59,870 bases of DNA from Candidatus Methylacidiphilales bacterium (GCA_040397305.1 JBBAWG010000004.1:1-59870), one strand, 5' to 3'; positions 8,639 through 18,517 are shown, counted from the first letter of the stretch. Translations and numbers: made by a program. Notes: generated by a model from the sequence alone, not told the origin.

Positions 8639-9691
8639 TCATTTTCCAGGCAGTCGAAAGCGGGGGTCGACGGCGTCGCGCAGGGCGTCGCCGAGAAGGT
8701 TGAAGGCGATCACGGTTAGGATAATGGCGGCTCCGGGGGTGAGGAGCCACCAGAAGTTGAGCATGAAGATCTTGATGTCCTGGGCCTGGCCGAGCATGAG
8801 ACCCCAGGAAGAGGAGGGTTCCTGGATACCGAGACCGAGGAAGCTGAGGGCGGCTTCGCCGAGGATATAGCCGGGGACGCTAAGGGTGGCGGCCACGACA
8901 AGGTAGCTGAAGGTGTTAGGCAGAAGATGGCGGAAGAGGATGACGGAGGGTCTTTGACCGAGAATATTGGCGGCGAGGATGAAAGGACGCTCGCGCAGGG
9001 AGAGAACGAGACCACGGACCACGCGGGCGGTGCCGGCCCAACCCAAGGCGGAAAGGATCACGACAATCAGCAGGAAAGTGGCATCGGATGGGAAACGGGA
9101 AGAAAGGGCGGCACGTAGGGCGAGGAGGAGATAGAGGCCCGGTACGGCCATGAGAAACTCGGTGAGGCGCATGGCGAGGGAGTCAGCCCAGCCGCCGAGG
9201 TAGCCGGCGAGGCCGCCGATGGTGAGCCCAAGCAAGCTGGTGAGAAAGACGCCAACCAGCCCTATCCCCAGGGAGATGCCGGCGCCGTAAAGAAGACGGG
9301 TGAAGACGTCGCGACCGGTGGCGTCGCTGCCGAGGAGATAGATGACGGCGGGAGCCTCCACGGTAAAGAGGTGGGTTTTGGAGGGGATGAGGCCGAAAAG
9401 TTTGTAGACCGGGCCTTTCGAGAGCCAGCGAAGGGGGGCGGCCTGGCCGGCGAGGGGTTCGTAGGTGGCGGTGGAGGGGTCGACAAGGCGGTAGAGGCGG
9501 ACACAGAGACGGCCGTCCTGCCAAACAAGCGCGGTGGGAGGATGGTAGGTACGTTGCAGGTCTTGGGCTGAAGGGACGGTGGGAGCGAGGAACGGGGCAA
9601 AGGCGGCGGCGCCGTAAAGGAAGACAAGAAGGATGGCGGAGACGAGACCGGCTGGGCGGCGAAGTAGGGACTGGAGAAGGTCAGCGCCCAT
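8639..9691 (-). CDS. oppC: Peptide ABC transporter permease
   Basis: LGSD.TGRDVF, EAALSFLGLG, SWG, FNLLGDALRD. Confidence 0.92.
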   Translation of the reverse strand: MGADLLQSLLRRPAGLVSAILLVFLYGAAAFAPFLAPTVPSAQDLQRTYHPPTALVWQDGRLCVRLYRLVDPSTATYEPLAGQAAPLRWLSKGPVYKLFGLIPSKTHLFTVEAPAVIYLLGSDATGRDVFTRLLYGAGISLGIGLVGVFLTSLLGLTIGGLAGYLGGWADSLAMRLTEFLMAVPGLYLLLALRAALSSRFPSDATFLLIVVILSALGWAGTARVVRGLVLSLRERPFILAANILGQRPSVILFRHLLPNTFSYLVVAATLSVPGYILGEAALSFLGLGIQEPSSSWGLMLGQAQDIKIFMLNFWWLLTPGAAIILTVIAFNLLGDALRDAVDPRFRLPGK

Positions 9692-10649
9692 AACGGACCC
9701 TCGGGTCAGACCAAGCCAGCGCCAGGTCGGAGATCAGATTGCCGATGACGAGGAGCGTGCAGCCGACCATGACTGAGCCGAGCACGACGAACTGGTCCTC
9801 CCGGATGAAGGCCTCGTAAACGAGTCGGCCCAGGCCGGGATAGTTCATGACATTTTCCACGAGGAGGGAGCCGCTGAGCAGGCCGGCGAAGGCGTAGCCG
9901 ACGGTGCTGAGCAGCGGGTTGAGAGCGTTACGGAGGACGTGCCGGAAAAGAACGACTTTTTCCGGCAGGCCCTTGGCACGGGCAGCGGTGACGTATTCCG
10001 CGCGGAGGACGTCGAGGACGTTGGCGCGGAGAACGCGCAGGGTGCCGGCGACGCCGCCGAGGCCGAGGACGAGCGTGGGCAGAATCAGGTGCCACCCGAT
10101 GTCCAGGATGCGGGAGCCGAAGGGAAGGAAGTCGTGGTCCAGGGAGGTGAGGCCCCCGATGGGAAACCAGCCGGTCTGGGCGGCGAACCAGACGGCGAGG
10201 AGCGCGAGAAAGAACTCGGGGATGGCGAGGGCGAAGTAGGCGGCCCCCGAGGTGATCTTATCGATCCAGCCGCCGGGACGGGCGGCGGCGAGGACGGCGA
10301 GGGGAATGGCGAGACTCCAAGCGAGAACGAGAGAGCAGAGGGAGAGGAGGATGGTGGCAGGGGCGCGTTGGGCGATGAGTTCGGCGACGGGGACCTTGTA
10401 GGTCCAGGAGTAGCCGAAATCGAGGCGGAGGATGTTGCCGAGCCAGCGGAGGTACTGTTCGTACCAGGGGCGGTCGAGACCGAAAGATTTCTGGAGCTCG
10501 GCGATCAGGGTGGGGTTGATGTCGCGCTGGGCCTTCACGGGCGTGAGGAAGTCGCCGGGAGCAAGGCTCATCAGGGCGAAGACGAGCAGGGTGACGGCAA
10601 GGAGCATGGGCACGAGCGTGCCGAGGCGGCGGAGGATAAAGGCGGTCAT
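9681..10649 (-). CDS. oppB: Peptide ABC transporter permease
   Basis: MTAFILRRL start overlapping oppA stop; APGD, EYVTAARAKGL, DPRVR. Confidence 0.92.
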   Translation of the reverse strand: MTAFILRRLGTLVPMLLAVTLLVFALMSLAPGDFLTPVKAQRDINPTLIAELQKSFGLDRPWYEQYLRWLGNILRLDFGYSWTYKVPVAELIAQRAPATILLSLCSLVLAWSLAIPLAVLAAARPGGWIDKITSGAAYFALAIPEFFLALLAVWFAAQTGWFPIGGLTSLDHDFLPFGSRILDIGWHLILPTLVLGLGGVAGTLRVLRANVLDVLRAEYVTAARAKGLPEKVVLFRHVLRNALNPLLSTVGYAFAGLLSGSLLVENVMNYPGLGRLVYEAFIREDQFVVLGSVMVGCTLLVIGNLISDLALAWSDPRVRYGR

Positions 10650-12406
10650 GGCGTGAAGACGGTCCAGAGTTCGTCCAGGTTCCAGACGAGCGAGCCGAGG
10701 GGTGGGATCTTGATGTTTTTCCAGCGGTCTTTCAGGCCGACATAGGCATTGGCGGTGACGAGGTAAATGTAAGGGGTCTCGTCGCTCATGATCTTTTGGA
10801 CCTCGTCGAAATATTTTTTTCGGGTGGCGAAGTCGAGGGTGCGGAGCTGAAGGGACATGAGTTCGTCGATGCGAGCCTCCCAGGGAGTGGCCGGGGATTT
10901 CTGGTTGGGATACCACTGGTGGAGACGGCCCTTGGAGGAGAAGACGGACATGCCACCGGCGGGATCGCCGCCGCCCGTGAGGCCGAGCAGGCCGGCCTCG
11001 TAGTCGAAGGAATCCTGGATCTTTCCGACGAAGGTGCCGAAGTCGAGGAAGGCAAGGTTCACGGTGATACCGAGCTCGCGCATGTTTTCTTTAAAGACGG
11101 TGGCCATGTTCACGCGAAGCTGGTTTTCCTGGTTGGAGTTCAGGGTGAACTCGACCACGTTGCCCTTGGCGTCCCGGAGCCGCCCGTCTTCGCCTGGTTT
11201 GAAGCCGGCCTCGGCCAGAAGGGCGCGGGCGCGGGCCGGATCGTAAGGGTACTGGGTGACGCTGGGGTTATACCATTTCTTGTTGGCGGGGGTTTCCGGG
11301 CCCCACAGAGGTTGGCCGCGGCCGAAGAGAACGCCTTTGACGATGCCTTCGCGGTCGATCCCGTGGGAGATGGCCTGGCGGAAGCGGCGGTCGGTGAACC
11401 AAGCGAGCTTGTGAGGGACGACGAACGGCTTACCGGAGGCGTCCTTGCCGGGATTCTGGTTGAACCAAATGAAGCCGGTGTTGGGAGAGGGGCCACGGTT
11501 GTGAACAGCGAAGCCGTACCGTTGGGAGAAGCGGTCGATCCAGGCGACGTTATCGGGGGAGAGGCCCTCGGCATCCGTCTGGCCGGTGGCGAAGGCGAGG
11601 GTGCTGGCGTTGATGTCCTTGACCAGCTTAGTGACGAGAAAGTCGACGTAGGGAAGGCGGACGCCGGCGGAGTCGGCCCGCCAGTAGTGAGGGTTGGCCT
11701 CGAAAACGATGCGTTCGGCCGGTTGGTAGGAGCGGAGGCGAAAGGCGCCGGTGCCGACGAGGGTTTCCGGTTTGTGCTGGGCGACACTGACGTTCCAGGC
11801 TTTTTGGAGAGTGCCGTCCCGGAAAGCGGGTTCGAGGCGGTGCTTGGGGAGAATGCCGACGCCGCCGACGTATTCGAGGAACGGGGCGAAGATTTCCGGC
11901 GTGGTCAGCCGGACGGTGAGAGGGTCGACTTTTTCAACGCGGAAGGGTTTGCCGTCGACGGAGAGGTCAAAGGCGGAGCGGTTGGGATAACGGGGGTCGT
12001 AGATGGCTTGGAAGGTGAAGAGGACGTCGTCCGCCGAGAAGGGGGCGCCGTCCGACCAGCGAATGCCGGGCCGGAGGAAGAAGGTGAAGGTTTTGTTGTC
12101 CTTACCGATTTCCCAGCGGGCGGCGAGGCCGGGTTCGACCTCCTGGGTGACGGCGTTGTAGCGGGTGAGGGAGTCGAGAAAGAGGCCGATGAAGCCGCCG
12201 GAGGTGGCGTCCTCCGAGACGAGGGGGTTGAAGGTGGAGGGTTCGCCGGGGACGGACTGGATGAAGACGCCACCTCGGCGACCGGGTTCGGCGCGGGCGG
12301 TATCGATGCCATCTGGGAGGGGGTGGTCCTCGCGGGCTACGGGCGGCGCCTTGGTACAGGCGGCGAAAAGGAGGGGAAAGAGTGCGAGGAAAACCAGCCG
12401 GGACAT
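10646..12406 (-). CDS. oppA: Peptide ABC transporter substrate-binding lipoprotein (family 5)
   Basis: Lipobox LFAAC; PGLA..W...F.LRPGIRWSDG.PF.ADDV.FT; GTGAF. Confidence 0.9.
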   Translation of the reverse strand: MSRLVFLALFPLLFAACTKAPPVAREDHPLPDGIDTARAEPGRRGGVFIQSVPGEPSTFNPLVSEDATSGGFIGLFLDSLTRYNAVTQEVEPGLAARWEIGKDNKTFTFFLRPGIRWSDGAPFSADDVLFTFQAIYDPRYPNRSAFDLSVDGKPFRVEKVDPLTVRLTTPEIFAPFLEYVGGVGILPKHRLEPAFRDGTLQKAWNVSVAQHKPETLVGTGAFRLRSYQPAERIVFEANPHYWRADSAGVRLPYVDFLVTKLVKDINASTLAFATGQTDAEGLSPDNVAWIDRFSQRYGFAVHNRGPSPNTGFIWFNQNPGKDASGKPFVVPHKLAWFTDRRFRQAISHGIDREGIVKGVLFGRGQPLWGPETPANKKWYNPSVTQYPYDPARARALLAEAGFKPGEDGRLRDAKGNVVEFTLNSNQENQLRVNMATVFKENMRELGITVNLAFLDFGTFVGKIQDSFDYEAGLLGLTGGGDPAGGMSVFSSKGRLHQWYPNQKSPATPWEARIDELMSLQLRTLDFATRKKYFDEVQKIMSDETPYIYLVTANAYVGLKDRWKNIKIPPLGSLVWNLDELWTVFTP

Positions 12407-12443
12407 TCGGGAAAGTTTAAGGGAACCGAATCCGAACCCAACC

Positions 12444-13187
12444 CTATTTGTCCGGTTTGGGGGATTCCGATTCGAGGCCATGGGAGCCGATAAAGACGAA
12501 GGCGAGGCTCCAGCCGGAAAAGATGAGGAGAAAGAAGGGGAACTGGAGATTGAGCGGGAGGCTATAGAGAAAGAGAAGGAGGGGGCCCCAGTAGAAGTAG
12601 TCGGGAATCAGAAGGGGGAGACCGCGGTCGCGGTACAGGGACCAGCTCCAGGCTTTCCAGATCTGCCGGGGTGACCAGCCAAGTTCCAGCCAAAGAAAGT
12701 ACGAGATACTGATGGGGATCGCGACCACCGGCACATAGACGATAAAATCCACCGCCAGCTTGGGCAGGATGATGTTCCAGGATGGACCCGATCCGAACAG
12801 CCAGGCGAGGAGATGGTAAAAGAGGTCCACCTCCAAGCCGACGGTGGCGAAGAAGACAAAGTTCCACCCTACCTTTTTCAGGCGAAGCAGGCTCCAAGAG
12901 CGGTCTGGGCCCACGATGGTGCGGACCGATTCGGGGAGAATCGTTCCGGCCACGGCGGTGAGGAGGGCAGAAAGCCAGAATCCGCCCGCATCCTTCCAGA
13001 CGGAGAACGAGTCGATGGCCGAGCGGACGGCGGGGAGCTGGAAGTACGCAAAATAAAGGCCTACCCCGATGGCCTGAAAGACGAGGAAGACGCGGTAGTA
13101 TTTTTTGAGTGCAAGAAAGCCCGGCCGGAGGGCGGCCCGGAGGCTCCAGGGAGAGGCCAAGCCGTCAGGCCTCGAAGGAAGTGCCAC
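12444..13187 (-). CDS. Membrane protein, Mpv17/PMP22-like
   Basis: Multiple TMs; 'KLAVDF..Y.P' and 'YWGP...LYSLP..LQFP' resemble the Mpv17/PMP22 signature. Confidence 0.5.
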   Translation of the reverse strand: MALPSRPDGLASPWSLRAALRPGFLALKKYYRVFLVFQAIGVGLYFAYFQLPAVRSAIDSFSVWKDAGGFWLSALLTAVAGTILPESVRTIVGPDRSWSLLRLKKVGWNFVFFATVGLEVDLFYHLLAWLFGSGPSWNIILPKLAVDFIVYVPVVAIPISISYFLWLELGWSPRQIWKAWSWSLYRDRGLPLLIPDYFYWGPLLLFLYSLPLNLQFPFFLLIFSGWSLAFVFIGSHGLESESPKPDK

Positions 13188-13482
13188 AGCCGCAGGTTTG
13201 TTTGGCCTTGGGATTGACGATTTTGAATCCGGTATGAGTCAACTCCTCTTCGTAATCGAGGGTGCAGGCCTCAAGGAGCGGGGCGCTATCCGCGGCCACG
13301 AAAAGGCGGGCGCCGTCCTGCTCCAAACGCTGGTCGGTAGGTTCGGCGGAGGCTACGGCCATCCCGTAGGAGAGCCCGGCGCAGCCACCCTTTTCAATGA
13401 AGAGGCGGAGTCCGCGTGAGGTGTCCCCATTGGAGGTGAGCTCCCGGATCCGGCGGGCGGCAGTCGCTGTCAGCTGAATCAT
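13165..13482 (-). CDS. iscA: HesB/IscA-family Fe-S cluster assembly protein
   Basis: GGCAGLSY and C-terminal CGCGTSF. Confidence 0.92.
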   Translation of the reverse strand: MIQLTATAARRIRELTSNGDTSRGLRLFIEKGGCAGLSYGMAVASAEPTDQRLEQDGARLFVAADSAPLLEACTLDYEEELTHTGFKIVNPKAKQTCGCGTSFEA

Positions 13483-13488
13483 CCAACA

Positions 13489-13517
13489 AGGATAAAAACG
13501 AACGCTCCCGCTGTCAA
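13489..13517 (-). promoter_or_regulatory. Sigma70 promoter, leaderless, for iscA
   Basis: TTGACA-17 nt-TATCCT-6 nt-ATG. Confidence 0.75.
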
Positions 13518-13550
13518 AGGAACGGGCATGGGGCCTTTTCGCGGAGTTTT

Positions 13551-13617
13551 TCGTTTACGTTTACGGTTCAGAATCCAGCTTCCAAGTCATCGTAAACGTA
13601 AAGGTAATCGTAAACGA
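13551..13617. repeat. Inverted pair of 6-nt periodic tracts
   Basis: tcgtttacgtttacgg ... cgtaaacgtaaaggtaatcgtaaacga. Confidence 0.65.
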
Positions 13618-13700
13618 TTCATACGACCTTTTGTGTTTAAGGATGAGATTCGTCACGTTGCTAGATTGAAGAGCGGCATTTAATCGGCGAATCTCCAACC

Positions 13701-15728
13701 ATGCACGGATTGGAACTGGTTCAGGACTTGGCGGTGGTGATGGCGGCGGCGGCCGTGGCCACCATTCTTTGCCAACGGCTGCGCCAGCCGGTGGTGCTGG
13801 GGTATATCCTCGCCGGCATCGTGATCGGCCCGAACACGCCGCCGGTCACACTCGTCAAGGACGAGGAGGCGATCAAGACCCTTTCCGAGCTCGGCGTGAT
13901 TCTGCTGATGTTTTCCATTGGGCTGCATTTCAGCTTCCGAAAACTCAGGGAGGTGGGATTCCCGGCGGTGGTGGCGGCGGTGGTGGAGATCGCCGGCATG
14001 TTCTTCGTGGGGTACGAGGTGGGGAAGTGGATGGGTTGGAGCCGAATGGATGCCATTTTTCTCGGCGCCATTCTTTCGATCTCCTCCACCACGATCATTG
14101 CCAAAGCGCTGGAGACGATGGGGCTCTTGCGGCGGGAGTTTGCCCGGCTGGTGTTCGGTATCCTGATCGTGGAGGACATCCTGGCGGTGGCCATGTTGGG
14201 AATCCTGACCCAACTTGGCACCACGGGGGAAATGGGGTTGGCTTTGACCTCCGCCACGATGCTTTCGCTGACGGCCTTTCTGGTCGGCGTGGCGGTGGTG
14301 GGCTTTCTGGTGGTGCCGCGGCTGATCCAGCTGGCCAGCCGGACCGAGATGGAGGAGGTCCTGCTGATCACGGTCCTCGGGCTGATTTTCGGAATCTCCC
14401 TGCTTTCCCAGAAGCTGGGTTTCAGCGTGGCCTTGGGGGCGTTTTTGGCCGGAGCGGTGCTGGCCGAAGTTCGGGAGGTGAAAAGGATCGACCGACTGGT
14501 GGGTCCGCTCCGGGATGTGTTCAGCGCCATTTTCTTCACTTCCTCCGGCATGCTCATCAAGTTCGACTTTTTGAAGGACGGGTTCGGGCAGGTGATCTGG
14601 ATCACGGTTCTGGTGATCGTTGGAAAAGTCCTGTTCAGTTCGCTGGGGGCCCTGATGGGGGGGGTCGATCTGCGGAAGGCCACGCGGGCGGGCTTCAGTC
14701 TCGCCCAGATCGGGGAGTTTTCCTTCATCATCGCGGGGCTGGGGGTCACGCTGGGAGTGACGAGCGACCGGCTGTACTCCATCGCCATTCTCGTATCCGC
14801 TGCCACCACCCTGACCACCCCCTATCTGATTGCCGGATCCGGGCCGGCGGCGGCTTGGCTGGAGGAAAAAGGACCGGCGTGGTTTTCCACTTTCTGGAAA
14901 ACCTATCAATCCTGGCTGCGGGGCTTGGCGTTCACCCCAAGGGACCGGCACCAAATGGCCTGGATGTTTGTGCGCAAGCTAATCGGGCAACTGGTCCTGC
15001 AGTGGGTTCTGATTGCGGCCTGTCTGTTGGGAATGGCAGCGCTCTGGAGAACCTATGGGGACCGCTTTCCCGACCGTTTGGGGATCGCCGACTGGGGATC
15101 CCCGCTCTTTTGGCTGGCCGGTGCGGTCCTGGCCTTGCCGGTGGTGGTGGCGTGGGTCCGAAAATTCCATGCCTTGGGCGTTCTGGTTTCGGAAATGGCC
15201 TTCCCCCGGGATGAGGAAAAAGGCCGGGCCGGGCCGGGCAGAAAGCTTTCGCAGGCGATTTTTCTCGGCGCGGGATACATGATTTTCGCCTTCAGTCTGA
15301 TCCTGCTGAGCGCCCCGCTGCTGCCGATGGGGAAACTTTTCCTGGGGCTGGGCTCCTTGCTTTTCCTTTTGGCGGTTCTGACGCGCAAGCGGCTGGTCCA
15401 CCTGTATTCCCAAGGACAGGCCAAGATCCGGGAGACGTGGGAAACTCCGCCGGACCAGGATGGATTGAATCTGCCGGGAGAATCGAAGGTGCACGTTCAT
15501 CAGATTGATCCGACTTCGGCCCTGATCGGGCAAACGCTGGCGGAAACCTGCCTGAGGCAAAGGACCGGGGCCGTGATCGTGGCGATTGAGCGGAAGGGGA
15601 AAAACTTTGTCTCCCCCGGTCCGGAGACGAGGTTGGAGGCCGGCGACCAGCTGTTTGTTTTCGGTGAGTCGGAGCAGATCCGCGCGGCGGACGAGTACCT
15701 GCGGCAGGCGGGGACGACGGAGGTTTAG
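13701..15728 (+). CDS. CPA2 cation:proton antiporter with C-terminal TrkA-C (RCK_C) domain
   Basis: VLGYILAG, SSTTII, VEDI, LGAFLAG, QIGEFSF; C-terminal GQTLAE..LRQRTGA.IVAIER...LEAGD. Confidence 0.9.
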   Translation: MHGLELVQDLAVVMAAAAVATILCQRLRQPVVLGYILAGIVIGPNTPPVTLVKDEEAIKTLSELGVILLMFSIGLHFSFRKLREVGFPAVVAAVVEIAGMFFVGYEVGKWMGWSRMDAIFLGAILSISSTTIIAKALETMGLLRREFARLVFGILIVEDILAVAMLGILTQLGTTGEMGLALTSATMLSLTAFLVGVAVVGFLVVPRLIQLASRTEMEEVLLITVLGLIFGISLLSQKLGFSVALGAFLAGAVLAEVREVKRIDRLVGPLRDVFSAIFFTSSGMLIKFDFLKDGFGQVIWITVLVIVGKVLFSSLGALMGGVDLRKATRAGFSLAQIGEFSFIIAGLGVTLGVTSDRLYSIAILVSAATTLTTPYLIAGSGPAAAWLEEKGPAWFSTFWKTYQSWLRGLAFTPRDRHQMAWMFVRKLIGQLVLQWVLIAACLLGMAALWRTYGDRFPDRLGIADWGSPLFWLAGAVLALPVVVAWVRKFHALGVLVSEMAFPRDEEKGRAGPGRKLSQAIFLGAGYMIFAFSLILLSAPLLPMGKLFLGLGSLLFLLAVLTRKRLVHLYSQGQAKIRETWETPPDQDGLNLPGESKVHVHQIDPTSALIGQTLAETCLRQRTGAVIVAIERKGKNFVSPGPETRLEAGDQLFVFGESEQIRAADEYLRQAGTTEV

Positions 15729-16564
15729 CGGCGGGAACGCGCCCCGGCACGGGTGCGGTACCAGTGAAACAGGGCCAACTGGGCGAGCCCGCGGGCCGGG
15801 CCGAAATGTTCCTCCGTCCATTTTTCCAGATCCGTCGGATCTAGCGGGCGGCGCCGCTTGGGGAAGTACAGCTGGCGCAGGAGACGGTCCACCCAGACAT
15901 CGACGGGAAAGGCGTCCCAGCGGCCATAGGCGTAGAGGAGGACGCAACGGGAGATTTTCGGGCCGACCCCAGGCAACCTTTCGAGGTGTTCGGCGGCACG
16001 TTCCGTGGGCCAAGCGCCCGGGATTCGCAGATAAGCCGGTTGTCGGGTGAGAACTTTGGCGGTAGCCGCGAGATGCTTCGCGCGGTAGCCCAACTGACAG
16101 CGACGCAGGGCCTTTTCCCCCGCGCGGGCGAGGCGTTCGGGGGAGGGGAATTTGCGGCCGGGACTCCCGAAGGCCAGCCGGATCCGCTCGTTGATCTGGC
16201 GGATCTGGACGATCTGCTTGAGAGAGGAGCAGATGAAGTTCGCGAGGCACTCCCATGGATCCTCGCGGAGGGGGCGGAGGCCGGGATGGGCCTGACGGGC
16301 TTCCGGCAACCAGCGGTCTCGGCTGGCGGCGGGATGGAGGAGAAGGTCGAGGTCGAGATCAAGGCAGAGGTACTGTTCCAGGGCGGTGCCGGAAAGCAGG
16401 GGGTTGTTCCAGAGAAGCCTTCGGTGGCGAACCGAAAGCGTAACGGGCTGGTCGCGGATCCAGCCGGAAAACTCGCCCGGGGCGGTCTCATTCCAGCAAA
16501 AGGACTGACCGCCCAGGAGGGTGGCGGCGAGATCGAGCGGAACGGAGAGTTGCAGGGCCGGCAT
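15725..16564 (-). CDS. 8-oxoguanine DNA glycosylase (OGG/AlkA HhH-GPD family)
   Basis: GGQSF.W, EDPWE.L..FICS, LGYRAK, LPGVGPK, FPVDVW. Confidence 0.88.
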   Translation of the reverse strand: MPALQLSVPLDLAATLLGGQSFCWNETAPGEFSGWIRDQPVTLSVRHRRLLWNNPLLSGTALEQYLCLDLDLDLLLHPAASRDRWLPEARQAHPGLRPLREDPWECLANFICSSLKQIVQIRQINERIRLAFGSPGRKFPSPERLARAGEKALRRCQLGYRAKHLAATAKVLTRQPAYLRIPGAWPTERAAEHLERLPGVGPKISRCVLLYAYGRWDAFPVDVWVDRLLRQLYFPKRRRPLDPTDLEKWTEEHFGPARGLAQLALFHWYRTRAGARSRR

Positions 16565-16610
16565 AGTGGGAGAAAGCTTAAGGCCTGATGAGGAGTCCCA
16601 AAAGAAGAGG

Positions 16611-17489
16611 ATGAGGAGGGCGTTTTTTACGATGTGCGTCGGCTTGGTCTTTGGGGTGGCCCCGGGAAGAGGCCAGACCGAAGAGGAGCCGGTCAAGCGG
16701 GCGGAACCGGTAGCGGAGGAGGTCCGGGCCGCCGAGCCGCCTGTCGAGCCGGTGCGGAAAGCAGAACGGGCGGTGAAGCCGCCCACCAACACGGGAGCTC
16801 CGATTCAGGCCGGGCAACCGGTGCGGGTGGTGGTCGAGTCACCGAAAGAAGGGGAAGTAGTGCCGTGGGAAACCGTGGACGTATTCGTGCGAACGGAAAA
16901 TTATGCGGTCGGCGACGGGGGAAACCGGCTGCACGTGATCGTGGACAACGGATCTCCCATTGAGCACGCCAGCGCACTGAAGCCGGTGGTGTTGCACGGG
17001 TTGGCCCCCGGGGCGCATGTTTTGCGGACCTATGCGGTGAAGCCGGACGGAAAGATGCTGGCGGATCCGGGAGCCCGTGCGCGGGTGAATTTCTACGTCC
17101 GCCGGAAGGATTTCTCCAACTTCCAGCCGGAAGATCATCCCTACCTGACGGTGAATCTGCCCAAGGCCGGAGCGGCCTTTCCGGATGCTGACGGGAAAGT
17201 GTGGCTGGATTTCCATGCCCACAACGTGACGCTGTCCAAGGAAGGGTACCGGGTGCGCTTCTCCCTGGACGGTGTCGAGACGACCCTGCCTTCCGGGGAG
17301 CCGTATGCGTGGACGGGGTTAGCGGAGGGCCGGCACCGGCTGGTGGTGGAGCTGATCGACGAGGAGGGGGATCCGGTTTCGGAAATTTTTTCGCGGGTGG
17401 AGCGAACCTTTGAGATCCCGAGGACGGTGAAAGCGGTGAATCCGAATGAGGTGGATACGATGAATCATTGGTTACGAAGGGAGCAGTAG
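16611..17489 (+). CDS. Secreted hypothetical protein with two related beta-sandwich modules
   Basis: Signal peptide MRRAFFT...; two 'GL..G.H.L' modules; EPV..AE repeats near the N-terminus. Confidence 0.65.
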   Translation: MRRAFFTMCVGLVFGVAPGRGQTEEEPVKRAEPVAEEVRAAEPPVEPVRKAERAVKPPTNTGAPIQAGQPVRVVVESPKEGEVVPWETVDVFVRTENYAVGDGGNRLHVIVDNGSPIEHASALKPVVLHGLAPGAHVLRTYAVKPDGKMLADPGARARVNFYVRRKDFSNFQPEDHPYLTVNLPKAGAAFPDADGKVWLDFHAHNVTLSKEGYRVRFSLDGVETTLPSGEPYAWTGLAEGRHRLVVELIDEEGDPVSEIFSRVERTFEIPRTVKAVNPNEVDTMNHWLRREQ

Positions 17490-17614
17490 TGGCGGGCAAA
17501 AGCATAAAAACACAGATTGGTTGCTCAAATCCCGGCGGGAGGTGGAAGGCGTGAGGCGGAATGTAAAGATGGAGCTCGTTGCTTTGGGGTGATGGATGGG
17601 GGCATGATTTGTTG

Positions 17615-18391
17615 ATGATTCCGAATGTGGTTTGGTCGTTGCCGGATCTGATGATTGTGGCGCTGTTTTTCGCGCTGTTTGCCACGTTGGGTTTGCTGAT
17701 CCCCAGGTACGGTCAGCGCCTGTACGGCCGGATGGCCAATGAGCCGGAGACACGATTGGTGGACCGGACCCAGCGCGGGTTGCGGGCTTTTCTGGTGTTT
17801 TTGCTGGCCCTGACCCTGAATGATGTGCGCGAAAAGTTTGTCCGGATGGACGGGGAGGCCTCTCGGGAGGCGGGCGAGATCAAGCAGCTGCACCGTCTGT
17901 TGGAAATCGACTCCTCGGCCCAAGCCCAGCGGGAACGGGAGCTGTTGCGGGACTATGCCGGCGCGATTGCGGAGGATGAGTGGAAGACCCTGGGAGCGCA
18001 GTCCCCGAAGCTTTCCGCCCGCGCGGACAGTATTTTGGCAGAGCTGCGCGGGTTGGCGAAGACAACGGCGATGACGACAAAGAGTAGTGAAGGAAATGTG
18101 TTGTGGGCCGGACTCAATGAACTGGAGGATCTTCGGCAGGCTCGGCTCCAAAAGGCCCAATCGTCGACGGCTCTGCTGTTCTGGATCGTGATCGGGCTGA
18201 TGATGTTTCTGGAGTGTCTGATGACCACGGAATCAAAAACGAGTCTTCGGCGGAAGGTGACTTTGGGGGGATATTACGGGTGTCTCGGGATGATCGTGGC
18301 ACTGATCCTGATCTTTGAGCGGCCCTTTAGCGGGGCGACGCGGCTTTCCGCCGAGCCATTCCGGCAGGTTTCGGCGCTGGTGGACAGATAA
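17615..18391 (+). CDS. DUF4239-like (bestrophin-like) membrane protein
   Basis: TM pattern with E..E..EI..L.R, ...DEW, L.DLR..R, FERPFSG; start approximate. Confidence 0.65.
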   Translation: MIPNVVWSLPDLMIVALFFALFATLGLLIPRYGQRLYGRMANEPETRLVDRTQRGLRAFLVFLLALTLNDVREKFVRMDGEASREAGEIKQLHRLLEIDSSAQAQRERELLRDYAGAIAEDEWKTLGAQSPKLSARADSILAELRGLAKTTAMTTKSSEGNVLWAGLNELEDLRQARLQKAQSSTALLFWIVIGLMMFLECLMTTESKTSLRRKVTLGGYYGCLGMIVALILIFERPFSGATRLSAEPFRQVSALVDR

Positions 18392-18491
18392 ACCCTTGAA
18401 TCATCAAGCCTGAGTATTCGGGCCAGCGTTGGCGGGAAGTGGAAGGATTAGGATTAGGTTGCGGACAGGAAAAAAGTAAGAGCTCTAAATT

Positions 18492-18517
18492 GGCCCGCCG
18501 GGACGGCGGGCCCTACC
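18492..18517 (-). repeat. Single GTAG-type REP hairpin supplying the ybeY stop codon
   Basis: Reverse complement GGTAG-GGCCCGCCG-tcc-CGGCGGGCC. Confidence 0.75.

Noticed and set aside
10796-12493. Long opposite-strand ORFs (also 13680-14954, 24084-25622, 37653-38789, 51496-53094, 56810-58462)
   Set aside because: Antisense shadows of well-supported genes, expected with high-GC codon bias; no motifs
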